Assembly: GCA_965243205.1 (NCBI GenBank)
Contig: CBDEUK010000002.1
Span: 1,555,689-1,619,688 of the forward strand
DNA length: 64,000 bases
Source of the DNA: Gammaproteobacteria bacterium
GTDB lineage: Bacteria; Pseudomonadota; Gammaproteobacteria; Eutrophobiales; Eutrophobiaceae
Direction: 5' to 3'
The position numbers were made by a program, and so were the translations under genes. Under the pieces are notes generated by a model. That model was given only the letters and a program-made list of their open reading frames with translations, searched no databases and was not told the origin of the DNA. Below, in pieces: positions 18,018 to 27,322 of this stretch. How positions within the stretch are numbered: the first letter of the stretch is position 1; every line of letters starts with the position of its first letter.

Positions 18018-19599
18018 TTCTTAATGTAAATTTAGCTTCTTTTTCTAGTTTTTCTACACTACCTTGCAAACTTGCTTCAGAACTAATATCCATAGGAAAT
18101 TCTTCGACTGTAACACTTTCAATATTTTCTTTACTTCTTAGTGCTTCGGCAAGATCATTCACCGTTTTAATCGCTGTTCTAAAGTCACCATTGAAATTGG
18201 CTATGCGGGCTTCAAAAGTCGCTATTTGATAGTAAAGATTACTGTTTTGGTTTTGTATATAATTCGCTACGGGTATAGTCGCATATAGATTTGTAACCGC
18301 TCGTGAATTTTGAAACTGATCATTTGGATCTAAGCTATGGTTCCATTGTAAATTTTCCAGAATAACTTGAGGATACATTTTTAAACTTGAACCAATAACT
18401 TTTAATATAGGTTCAGGATCCGTTTTAAATTTTTCTAAGTTACCCGCTATTTCAACCACTGTTTTTATATCGTTAGGTTCAATGGGCGTTTTAGGAAGAC
18501 CTTCTCGTGCAATATTAAATCGCTCTTGATAAAACTCCGTTTTCTTTATTGCTGACATGCTATCCTGCTTATAACTCACTGCGTTCATCAAAAACCAACC
18601 ACTCAAAATTGTACTGCTTAATAATAACAATGCACTTGCAGCATACATGCCCACACGCATTTTGCGCATAGTGGAGTAGCGAACCTCATTGGGATTAGCA
18701 TAGGCATTTTTGGCACCTTTTTTAAATAAATGATAAGCAAATAACTTATCACTAAATGGTGTTTTTAAAGAAAAATCCGTATTAGCGATTTTCGCCATAT
18801 AATTTAAATCGATCAATTTATAAGAGATAGATTCGGTATCTTGTAGTTTCTCTTTTAATTCTTTAAGCAATTCACCTTCAGTTAAAAAATAGACGTTTAA
18901 TTGTTCATCATTGCTCACTAAACGCATACTGTTTAAATAGCGGTAAATTTTTTCTATTTCTGAAGAAATGATTGGACCATAAGGTGTTGTGCCGTAACGT
19001 GGCATTTTTACCATACGGCTTATTTTTAAGTCTTCACCTTGAAAAAAAGACTGTCTTAAGCCACTGACGCTCTGCATAGTGACTAATAAGGTTTTTTCTT
19101 GTCGGTTAGGTAAAAATTCAAGAATGTTCTTACTGAATAAAGCAACTGATGTAACAGAGACAACTGGGTATTTATATTTTTCTAACAACTGTAACCAAGG
19201 TTTAACATACGATGTCTCACCAATTGAAGACAGTAAGACATTATCATCGCGTCTTCCTTCAGCTTCTCGGTTTTGAGTTTCGTCATAAACATAATCAGCA
19301 CCACGAAACAATCGTTCTTTTTTCCGATCTAATACAGCTTTACGATCACTACCATAAACATGAGGAATAGTGTCTAAACGAAATTCTTCTTCAGCAACGT
19401 CAACTAACACATAAGTCGTTTCAGGGTCTGATTCAGATAGATAACGTTCAAATTGAATTCGACCATTCTCCTTAGTATCAAATAAATATGAATTGATAAT
19501 TTCTCCTCGATACCATTGATAGGCAACCATCTTCTCAGCGCCTAATAAGATTACTCGTCTAGGAAAAATATCAATAGTCGATTTTAGTAATGAGATCAT
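17992..19599 (-). CDS. MshI-like pilus assembly protein (PilM-like cytoplasmic domain fused to a PilN-like TM/periplasmic domain)
   Basis: 535 aa. One TM helix near residue 330 (VGMYAASALLLLSSTILSGWFL). The architecture and position after the platform gene resemble MshI. Confidence 0.5.
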   Translation of the reverse strand: MISLLKSTIDIFPRRVILLGAEKMVAYQWYRGEIINSYLFDTKENGRIQFERYLSESDPETTYVLVDVAEEEFRLDTIPHVYGSDRKAVLDRKKERLFRGADYVYDETQNREAEGRRDDNVLLSSIGETSYVKPWLQLLEKYKYPVVSVTSVALFSKNILEFLPNRQEKTLLVTMQSVSGLRQSFFQGEDLKISRMVKMPRYGTTPYGPIISSEIEKIYRYLNSMRLVSNDEQLNVYFLTEGELLKELKEKLQDTESISYKLIDLNYMAKIANTDFSLKTPFSDKLFAYHLFKKGAKNAYANPNEVRYSTMRKMRVGMYAASALLLLSSTILSGWFLMNAVSYKQDSMSAIKKTEFYQERFNIAREGLPKTPIEPNDIKTVVEIAGNLEKFKTDPEPILKVIGSSLKMYPQVILENLQWNHSLDPNDQFQNSRAVTNLYATIPVANYIQNQNSNLYYQIATFEARIANFNGDFRTAIKTVNDLAEALRSKENIESVTVEEFPMDISSEASLQGSVEKLEKEAKFTLRIALGVPNE

Positions 19600-20776
19600 A
19601 AATAGGTCCTAAAACTGACAACATTATCCAACCAACAATTAACCCTAAAAATAGAGTCATCATCGGTTGCACCATCGATTGTAAACGTTCGATTGCTTCG
19701 CGCACATCGCGAGAATAAAAATACCCAACATTATGTAATGATTCTTCGAGTGCCCCGGTATTTTCTCCTACTCGTATCATTCTAAGTACTAATGGTGGAA
19801 AGAGATTTGTAGACTCAAAAGCATTGCTCAATGTAGCACCATCGGCTATTTGTTGTCCGACTTCACGCATCGCTTTTGAAACGACTTTATTACCAGCAAT
19901 CTCTTCACCAGTCCGAATACATTCAATAATGGTAATACCAGATGCATACATAATGGCAAAAAAACTCGTCAATCGAGTTAAAATAAGTTTTTTAAAAATC
20001 GGGCCAATGATTGGCAGCTTCAATTGAATGGCATCAACCGTCTCTTGGAAATCATCATTAGTTTTATAACTAACAATAGCAATAGCAATTAAAATAACAG
20101 GTAAAAAAACAACTACATACCAATAATCCACAAAGAAATTAGACACTGCTATTAATACTTTAGTATGTGTAGGTACCTCTTGTCCCATAGTTTTTACAAA
20201 CAGTAGTAATTCGGGTACAACAAAAATCATCAAGAATGTTATTGCAGCAAACACAAGCGTGCCAACAATAATTGGATATATAAATAGTTTCTTAGTGTGA
20301 GCCATTTGCTCATCTTGCCACTTTAAGTTTTCACCCAACTTTTCAAAGATGGTTGATAGATCACCTGTCTGTTCACCTGCTTTCACTAAGTTTGTGAATA
20401 CATTACTAAACACTGCGGGAAACTGTTGCATGGCTTCAGATAATGTTTGACCACCTTCGACCAATTCGATCATCGCAGTAAGTACTTCTTGTAAACGTGG
20501 GTTATCAGTACTGTCACGTAAATCTTGCAAACTATCGAGAATAGGCACGCCTGCCCGTGAGGTTTGTTCTAAATGAAAACACAACGTAATTAAGTCACGA
20601 CGATTAACACCTTTACCAGTTAAGCTAGAACCTCTGGTATCAATCTCTTTATAGTTGATGAGATCCAGTCCCATCTTTTTCAAACGCATTTCTAAATCAG
20701 CAACATTAACTGCGTCAGCGTTTCCATTATGAATGGAGCCAGATTTATCAATTGCTTTGTATTCGTAGAAAAACAT
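19571..20776 (-). CDS. Type IV pilus / T2SS platform protein (PilC/MshG/GspF family)
   Basis: 401 aa with two GspF repeats and 3 TM helices. Motifs include MIELVEGGQTLSEAM and MIRVGENTGALEESL. Confidence 0.9.
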   Translation of the reverse strand: MFFYEYKAIDKSGSIHNGNADAVNVADLEMRLKKMGLDLINYKEIDTRGSSLTGKGVNRRDLITLCFHLEQTSRAGVPILDSLQDLRDSTDNPRLQEVLTAMIELVEGGQTLSEAMQQFPAVFSNVFTNLVKAGEQTGDLSTIFEKLGENLKWQDEQMAHTKKLFIYPIIVGTLVFAAITFLMIFVVPELLLFVKTMGQEVPTHTKVLIAVSNFFVDYWYVVVFLPVILIAIAIVSYKTNDDFQETVDAIQLKLPIIGPIFKKLILTRLTSFFAIMYASGITIIECIRTGEEIAGNKVVSKAMREVGQQIADGATLSNAFESTNLFPPLVLRMIRVGENTGALEESLHNVGYFYSRDVREAIERLQSMVQPMMTLFLGLIVGWIMLSVLGPIYDLITKIDY

Positions 20777-20778
20777 TT

Positions 20779-22509
20779 CTATTTCTGAACTATACGTTTG
20801 GTTAAATCGACGACTCTTGATACTTCATCAATACTGGTTGTGCCATCTAAAACTCTATCCGATCCTACGTCGGCTAATGTTTTAAACCCTTTGGAAATCG
20901 CCATACGTAAAATTTCACCTTGAGTTCCACCACGGGCAATTAAGTCATCTATATCATCATCGAGTCTCAAAATTTCTAAGATTGCTACTCGACCTTTATA
21001 ACCTGTGTTATCACATTTATCACAACCTTTAGCCTTATAGACTTGTTTATCTTTATCACCAGAACGCAGTCCAAGTAAGTTACGTTCTATATCAGTAATC
21101 ACATAAGGTTCTTTACAATGCTCACAAAGCTTTCGTACTAAACGTTGAGCTAAGATACCAATAATATTTCCGGATAAGATATCGGGTTTAATGCCAATAT
21201 CTAATAGTCTAGGCATGGCACCAACGGCCGAATTGGTATGCAATGTTGAAAATACTTGGTGACCAGTCATAGCAGCACGAAATGCCATGTTTGCTGTATC
21301 TTCATCACGAATCTCACCGACAAGAATAATATCAGGGTCTTGACGCATGATAGAACGGATACCATTAGCAAAATCCAAACGTCCAGATTCTTGCACTGAG
21401 CTTTGACGAATCATTGTTGTTGGGTATTCAACAGGATCTTCCAACGTCATGATGTTAACTTGTTCAGTATTTAAATAATTTAACACCGAGTAAAGCGTGG
21501 TGGTTTTACCACTACCCGTTGGACCCGTAACTAAAATAATACCTTGAGGTCTTGCCACCATCACTTTTAAAGCATTAGATGCTTCATCATTCAACCCAAG
21601 TTTCTCTAAAGAAACGATACCTTTTTGTCTGTCAAGTACACGTAGAACGATGTTCTCTCCATGTACCGTCGGTAAAGTTGAAACACGAAAATCAACTTGG
21701 CGACCTGAAAGCGATAAAGAAATTCGACCATCTTGTGGTGCGCGAATTTCGGCTATATCAAGATTAGCCATAACCTTTAAACGTACAGCAATGGCCGACC
21801 AATAATTTTTATGTAAGCTTCGAATTTGACGTAATACGCCATCAATACGATAACGAAACCGTAAGAAACCTTCTTCTGGTTCAAAGTGAATATCCGATGC
21901 ACCGCGCTTTACTGCATCTGATAGCAATGAATTCACTAATCTAACAACAGGCTGGCTGTATTCTTCTGTATCCGCATCAAGACTTTGATAATCAATTTCA
22001 CCGGATTCAATCTCTCGTAAAATACCATCAACGGAAAGTTCGAAACCATAAAACTGATCCAATGCCTTTTCGATCTCAGCTTCACCTGCAAGCACTGGAA
22101 CAACGTCAGTCGATCGACCAACGACAGCATCTAATTGATCTAATGCTACAACGTTATAGACATCTGCCATTGCAACCGTTAGGCGATTATTAACGGCATC
22201 GAACGTTAAAGGTAACGCTCTTAACCTTCTTGCTAAATCTTTAGGTACCATTGCGATCGCTTCAGGATCGGCAACGGAACGACTGAGATCAACAGTATCA
22301 CGACCGATAACACCACCAAGAATATCATTGATAATGGCTTCGGTTGCGAAACCTAATTTAACTAAGATACGGCCAAGATGTTCTTTACTTTTTCGTTGCT
22401 CGGTTAAGGCAATTTCGATTTGATCGCTGGTTGCAACACCACGGCGAATAAGCATTTCGCCCAGTCGTAAACTCTTTTTAGGCATCTTAGTCATTAAACT
22501 TTCCATCAA
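20779..22509 (-). CDS. MshE-type pilus extension ATPase (GspE family) with an N-terminal c-di-GMP-binding MshEN domain
   Basis: Walker A GPTGSGKTT, Asp box, His box, and a tetracysteine CEHC..CDKC. The N-terminus has tandem motifs RLGEMLIRRGVATSDQIEIALTEQ and HLGRILVKLGFATEAIINDIL. Confidence 0.9.
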   Translation of the reverse strand: MMESLMTKMPKKSLRLGEMLIRRGVATSDQIEIALTEQRKSKEHLGRILVKLGFATEAIINDILGGVIGRDTVDLSRSVADPEAIAMVPKDLARRLRALPLTFDAVNNRLTVAMADVYNVVALDQLDAVVGRSTDVVPVLAGEAEIEKALDQFYGFELSVDGILREIESGEIDYQSLDADTEEYSQPVVRLVNSLLSDAVKRGASDIHFEPEEGFLRFRYRIDGVLRQIRSLHKNYWSAIAVRLKVMANLDIAEIRAPQDGRISLSLSGRQVDFRVSTLPTVHGENIVLRVLDRQKGIVSLEKLGLNDEASNALKVMVARPQGIILVTGPTGSGKTTTLYSVLNYLNTEQVNIMTLEDPVEYPTTMIRQSSVQESGRLDFANGIRSIMRQDPDIILVGEIRDEDTANMAFRAAMTGHQVFSTLHTNSAVGAMPRLLDIGIKPDILSGNIIGILAQRLVRKLCEHCKEPYVITDIERNLLGLRSGDKDKQVYKAKGCDKCDNTGYKGRVAILEILRLDDDIDDLIARGGTQGEILRMAISKGFKTLADVGSDRVLDGTTSIDEVSRVVDLTKRIVQK

Positions 22510-24404
22510 TTGACACTAAGTGCGTCAATTCTTGCCAAGATGTTAGAGGCACTAAAACTTGAAGGTTTATTTTTAGAAAGATTTAAAGCTGCTCGATAAT
22601 ACTCTATGGCCGCTTTAGATTGCCCCATGTGATCCAAACTAATCGCCAAATTCAAAGCATAATCAGCATTACCTGGTTGGCGACTGTATGCATCGAAAAA
22701 AGCCTGTTGAGCTTCTGGCCATCGTTGTTGTTTAGAATAAAGGTTTCCAAGAGAAAAGTGTAAACTTGGATTCTCAGGGTTTTGTTGAATTAAATCTTTA
22801 ACCGTTGATTCGCTAGTAACGTTACCAACTTGATTTTGTAAATTCAAAATCGAAACTTTCGCTACTGAGTCTTTAGGATTTAATTTTAATAATTTTCGAT
22901 AAATTTGATATGCACTTTGAGTATTACCTTTTTTTAATTCAATGGCTGCCATGCCTAGTAATGCATCACGATTATCAGGTGTTTCTTTTAATGAAATCCT
23001 ATATAACGAAGAAGCGACATCATAATTACCCTCTTGGAACGCATTAAAAGCACGTTTGTTGGTATCTAATTCAGGCCGTGGTTTTTTCTTCTTACTAATT
23101 TTAATCATTGAAGGCGAAACAGGAGCAGCAACAGGTGAGAAAACCACTTCTTCTTTTACGATTTCTTTTGTTATTGGTTTTCCATCAATAGACGGTGTTA
23201 TAGATTCTGTTGGAGTATCTAAATTTGCAACGGATGTTGCTGCGGTTTCTATTGGCTCTTCAGAACTATCGCTTGAAGTCGTTATTTCCACTGTCTCAAC
23301 AGGTTGTTCAACTACTTCATTTGAAGTCACTGGTAACTCAGTAGTTGATTTATCTTCATCATGAGAAATATATTGAGTTTCAATTTCCTCGGTTTCAGGC
23401 ACATTCACACTTGTCACGGCTGCCTGATTAGGCGTTACTAATTCATCTAGACTTTTAATTAAAGGTTCTTGTTTAGCTTCAACGCCCTTCGCAACAGACG
23501 GTGACAATACTTTTGGAACATCTGGGGTAATCTTGTATTGAATAAATAAACCGGCTGCTACCAATAGCAATAAACCTAAGGCAGCACTTAAACCGATCAT
23601 GAAACGATTGCCCCAGTTTTCAGATTTTGATGCTGCAAAAACAGTACTTGCTACAACTGGTGTAGGTTGCCCTTCATGTTGGCCAATATCACGCAACATT
23701 TGTGTAACCGATCCACTATCAAGTGCCTCTAACTCCAGTGAAGGATCGGTTAACTGGCCTAAATTCGTTCGATAGTTCTGTTGCTCTTGAGAATCACTAA
23801 CTTGCTTTTCAATCGTAGGTTCAGAAATCTCTTCTTCGTTTTCATTTTGGTTTTCTAACGTTTCTAATTTTAGTCCAAGAGTTTCATCATCGAGATTATC
23901 TTCAGCGATATCCATTCTTAATTCATCGGTGACATCTGAAAAATCATCACGACTAAACTCAGATGTTTCCATTGTTCTCTCGATGATTGTTTCATCGGTC
24001 ATATCGGAAATTAGCTGAGTATCTTCAAGGTCTAGATCAATATCATCTAATTCTTTTTCGCCTAATGTTAAAATCGTATCGTCGTCAACATCTCCAAGGT
24101 TTTGGTCATCCATAACGACTGTGTTTTCTTGTTCTATCTGAGTTGTTGAAAAAGTCGGTTCGTCATCAGCAAGAGTGAAGTCTTCATCTTTGTCTTGCAA
24201 TTCCATTGAAAGAGAAACTTCCTGAGTAAGTTCTTCAGAACCATCTACTTCATTTGTCATTGTCGTACTCAAAACTTGAGTATCATCTTCGACTATAGAA
24301 TGCTCACCAGTGGAAAGGATCGGATGCTGGCCAGTTTGCCGACGTTTTGCAGCTTCCTTCTTTTCCTTTTCCGCCTTTTTCAAGGCATCCATCAACAGAC
24401 TCAC
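22506..24404 (-). CDS. TPR-repeat pilus biogenesis protein (MshN-like) with a long acidic low-complexity N-terminal half
   Basis: C-terminal TPRs (AFNAFQEGNYDVASSLYRISLKETPDN...). About 250 aa of D/E/T-rich sequence, then a TM helix IGLSAALGLLLLVAAGLFI. 4-nt overlaps at both ends. Confidence 0.6.
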   Translation of the reverse strand: MSLLMDALKKAEKEKKEAAKRRQTGQHPILSTGEHSIVEDDTQVLSTTMTNEVDGSEELTQEVSLSMELQDKDEDFTLADDEPTFSTTQIEQENTVVMDDQNLGDVDDDTILTLGEKELDDIDLDLEDTQLISDMTDETIIERTMETSEFSRDDFSDVTDELRMDIAEDNLDDETLGLKLETLENQNENEEEISEPTIEKQVSDSQEQQNYRTNLGQLTDPSLELEALDSGSVTQMLRDIGQHEGQPTPVVASTVFAASKSENWGNRFMIGLSAALGLLLLVAAGLFIQYKITPDVPKVLSPSVAKGVEAKQEPLIKSLDELVTPNQAAVTSVNVPETEEIETQYISHDEDKSTTELPVTSNEVVEQPVETVEITTSSDSSEEPIETAATSVANLDTPTESITPSIDGKPITKEIVKEEVVFSPVAAPVSPSMIKISKKKKPRPELDTNKRAFNAFQEGNYDVASSLYRISLKETPDNRDALLGMAAIELKKGNTQSAYQIYRKLLKLNPKDSVAKVSILNLQNQVGNVTSESTVKDLIQQNPENPSLHFSLGNLYSKQQRWPEAQQAFFDAYSRQPGNADYALNLAISLDHMGQSKAAIEYYRAALNLSKNKPSSFSASNILARIDALSVN

Positions 24405-26155
24405 TATCTAGCCCCTACAGTTCCAGATAGTGCATTATTAGATTGAAGAAAAGGTTTGTATAAATCTAAATCCCCATCAACACTTGGGTCTTTAATAACG
24501 ATAGGACGAAGGAATATCACTAATTCTGTTTTTTGGGTTTCAATTCTTTTGGAGCTAAACGCTCTACCTACACCAGGAATATCTTTTAAACCAGGAATAC
24601 CTCGATCTAAGTCACTCGTCTCATCGCTCATCAAGCCACCCAGAACTGCTATTTCCCCATCATTCATTCTTAACATTGACTCCATCTCACGAACAGCAAT
24701 GACCGGAACATTATTTGGAATATTTGCCGGTAACTGAGGTTGGGGATCTCGCACATCTGCTATTCGCCTTGAAATCGTTGGACGAACATTCAAGATGATG
24801 TCATCGTTTTCACTTATATATGGGGTCATACTCATTACAAGCCCTACAGGAACAGTCTTAGCAGTTGTGTCAATTGCAGGTTGACCAACACCAGCAAGAG
24901 TTGCTACACCTGGCTCAGCATCAATTTCAAAATAAACTAAATTTTCAACCACTTTAAGTACTGCGGTTTGATTATTTAGCACCATCATTTGCGGGCTAGA
25001 TAAGACTTTAGTATCACCAAACTCATCCAATAAATTAACCGTTGCAGTTAAAGCATCGCCTTCACCACCAATATCCGTATCTTGATATCTTAAAAATCCG
25101 CCAGTTTGTTCATTGCTACCTGTTGGAGTGGTAGATACTAAACCAATAGCAGCAGAACCTATGGCAGAAGCTGCTGAGATACCTGTAGTCAAACCAGCTG
25201 TGCTGAATGAAAGGCCCGCTAAATTATTGATAAAAGACCAATCGATACCTGCCTGATAATTATCATTTAATGTAACTTCAACAATAGTCGCTTGAACCAA
25301 TACTTGTCTATTCGCACTATTCATCACCTGGTCGATAAAACCTTGAACCAGCTTATGTTGTTTACTAGTAGCATTCACCGTTAAAACACCACTTTCAGGA
25401 CTTGGAATCACATTATTGGTAATGGTGATTTCACCCTCTTGACCACCTGAATTGTCTTCAACTTCTTCTCCGATGATTGCCTGAATATTTCGTACCAAAT
25501 TTTCCCAAAAATTGTTGAATGATTGGCTACGCACGTCAGTTGTAGAATTATTATTACCACCACCACCTGCACCACCTCCTGCAGAACCACCAGCAACATC
25601 ACCAGTTCCTGTTGTTGCAATCTGAGTAGCAATCGTAATCTGGCTATCGGTTTCCCGTGCAATATTCACATAATCGATTTTATAAGATTTCAAATAAGCC
25701 TGATCCGCCGATACCAATAAATTGTTATTTTGATACTCATATCGAATATCAACTTGGCGTGATATGCGATCAAGGATTTGTGGCATAGTTTGCTCAACAG
25801 CATTAAGAGTCACTGTGCCTTCTATTCCAGGTGCAATATCGACATTCACATCCGCATCTCGAGCTAGAGCGAATAAAAGTTCCCGAACAGGAACATCGTT
25901 AACTACGACAGTGTATTTTTCTAATTCAGGAGCGGTTTCTGAAGGTTCAGGCAAAATAGGTTCTTGCTGAACAACTTGAGGTATAGAAGCTGGATCAACA
26001 GGCATTTTTTTCGCTACCGACTGAGAATCCGTTGTGATATGGCCCGGAGAGTTGTCCATAGGCTTGGGTTCGATTTGGGCACAGGCAACGAGAAAACTAG
26101 ATAAAACGCTGAATATAATAATGTTTTTCATAATATTAGCTTCACTTCGTGACAA
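24404..26155 (-). CDS. Secretin (MshL/PilQ/GspD family)
   Basis: Signal peptide with lipobox LVAC. Secretin C-domain motifs VPVGLVMSMTPYIS and IPGLKDIPGVGRAFSSK...ELVIFLRP. Confidence 0.85.
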   Translation of the reverse strand: MSRSEANIMKNIIIFSVLSSFLVACAQIEPKPMDNSPGHITTDSQSVAKKMPVDPASIPQVVQQEPILPEPSETAPELEKYTVVVNDVPVRELLFALARDADVNVDIAPGIEGTVTLNAVEQTMPQILDRISRQVDIRYEYQNNNLLVSADQAYLKSYKIDYVNIARETDSQITIATQIATTGTGDVAGGSAGGGAGGGGNNNSTTDVRSQSFNNFWENLVRNIQAIIGEEVEDNSGGQEGEITITNNVIPSPESGVLTVNATSKQHKLVQGFIDQVMNSANRQVLVQATIVEVTLNDNYQAGIDWSFINNLAGLSFSTAGLTTGISAASAIGSAAIGLVSTTPTGSNEQTGGFLRYQDTDIGGEGDALTATVNLLDEFGDTKVLSSPQMMVLNNQTAVLKVVENLVYFEIDAEPGVATLAGVGQPAIDTTAKTVPVGLVMSMTPYISENDDIILNVRPTISRRIADVRDPQPQLPANIPNNVPVIAVREMESMLRMNDGEIAVLGGLMSDETSDLDRGIPGLKDIPGVGRAFSSKRIETQKTELVIFLRPIVIKDPSVDGDLDLYKPFLQSNNALSGTVGAR

Positions 26156-26411
26156 CGATTGAGTCCTTATAGATTATCTTTCACATTATAATAGCACGAT
26201 AAATTCATGTGAATTAAGGATTTTTTGCTTATTTTGCTTAACTTATGACCAGTCGACAAAATTCGATAATAGTAGCCTTATTCTCGAAAAAAATTCGCAG
26301 CAACAAGAATTCTATTCAGGATTTATTCCAAATAAAAAATTAATAAACCACAACGGCTGATATTGATTATAACTTCGCCTAAATGTTATTAAATTCTTAT
26401 AAATTTGCAAA

Positions 26412-27320
26412 TTAAGAGACTATTTTATCGTATGGAAAAAACCATAAAATGATCAGTAAAAATAATAATAAAGTGCCAGCTATGAATAGCCATCGATATC
26501 GTCTCCATCCTGAGACAAATTCACTATCAGCAGCTGCAGCTCGAACATGTTTAGGCAAAACAGACATCGTATTATCAGCATATGCGGCCAACATAGCTTT
26601 ATCAGATAAAATATTGATTCTACGCAATAGGCCTTTCGAATAGTGGCCAATTTCTTTTATCGCGCTTTTACTAAATACATCAGCACCTCGATAACCACAT
26701 GCCCTTAAGCGAGAATTTATATATTCACGGATATCAGGTACTTCAAAAGGAGCCAAGTTAAAACTGTAGGTAATTCTTTCTTTCAACTGACGGATCTCAG
26801 GTTTTGAGATCATCTCATCTAATTCTGGTTGACCAAATAAAACTATCTGTAGCAATTTGTGTTTATTGGTTTCTAAATTACTTAATAATCTAATTTCTTC
26901 TAACGTTTGAATCGTCATGCTCTGAGCTTCTTCAACAAAAACCACAACCTGCTTATTTTCAGCATGTTTTTGTACTAGATAGTGTTGTAGTTCGTTCATA
27001 ACCTTTAAACGGTTATCATCGGTTTCTACATCCAGTTGTAACTCAAACGCAACAGCATGAGGGATTTGTTCAGGACTGATACTAGGGTTTGCTAGATAAA
27101 CAATTTCAACTGAATCATCTAAATCGTGCTCAAGCATGCGACTAAGCATGGTCTTACCTGTGCCTACCTCACCAACAACTTTGACAATACCTTCACCATT
27201 TACCACAGCATAAATCAATGCTTCTAAAATAGCGCCACGATTACCACCAGGAAAAAACAAGCTAGTATCTGGCGTTATCTTAAACGGAGGCTGATTCAAT
27301 CCGAAATAATCATAGTACAT
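26412..27320 (-). CDS. ExeA/GspA/MshM-like AAA+ ATPase
   Basis: Walker A GEVGTGKT. C-terminal TM helix WLFIAGTLLLFLLIILWFF. Confidence 0.7.
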   Translation of the reverse strand: MYYDYFGLNQPPFKITPDTSLFFPGGNRGAILEALIYAVVNGEGIVKVVGEVGTGKTMLSRMLEHDLDDSVEIVYLANPSISPEQIPHAVAFELQLDVETDDNRLKVMNELQHYLVQKHAENKQVVVFVEEAQSMTIQTLEEIRLLSNLETNKHKLLQIVLFGQPELDEMISKPEIRQLKERITYSFNLAPFEVPDIREYINSRLRACGYRGADVFSKSAIKEIGHYSKGLLRRINILSDKAMLAAYADNTMSVLPKHVRAAAADSEFVSGWRRYRWLFIAGTLLLFLLIILWFFPYDKIVS

Positions 27321-27322
27321 GT

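Noticed and set aside
23056-25970. Several 60-100-aa ORFs (23056..23364, 24456..24737, 25408..25662, 25523..25720, 25764..25970) embedded in or antisense to the TPR and secretin genes
   Set aside because: They are entirely nested within long, motif-supported CDSs and have low-complexity translations. They are typical spurious antisense ORFs.
26156-26411. Sigma-54 promoter in the 256-bp gap between the MshM-like and secretin genes
   Set aside because: The gap was scanned for TGCAA-N5-GTGCCA on the plus strand and none was found. It is probably an AT-rich sigma-70 internal promoter, or simple read-through.
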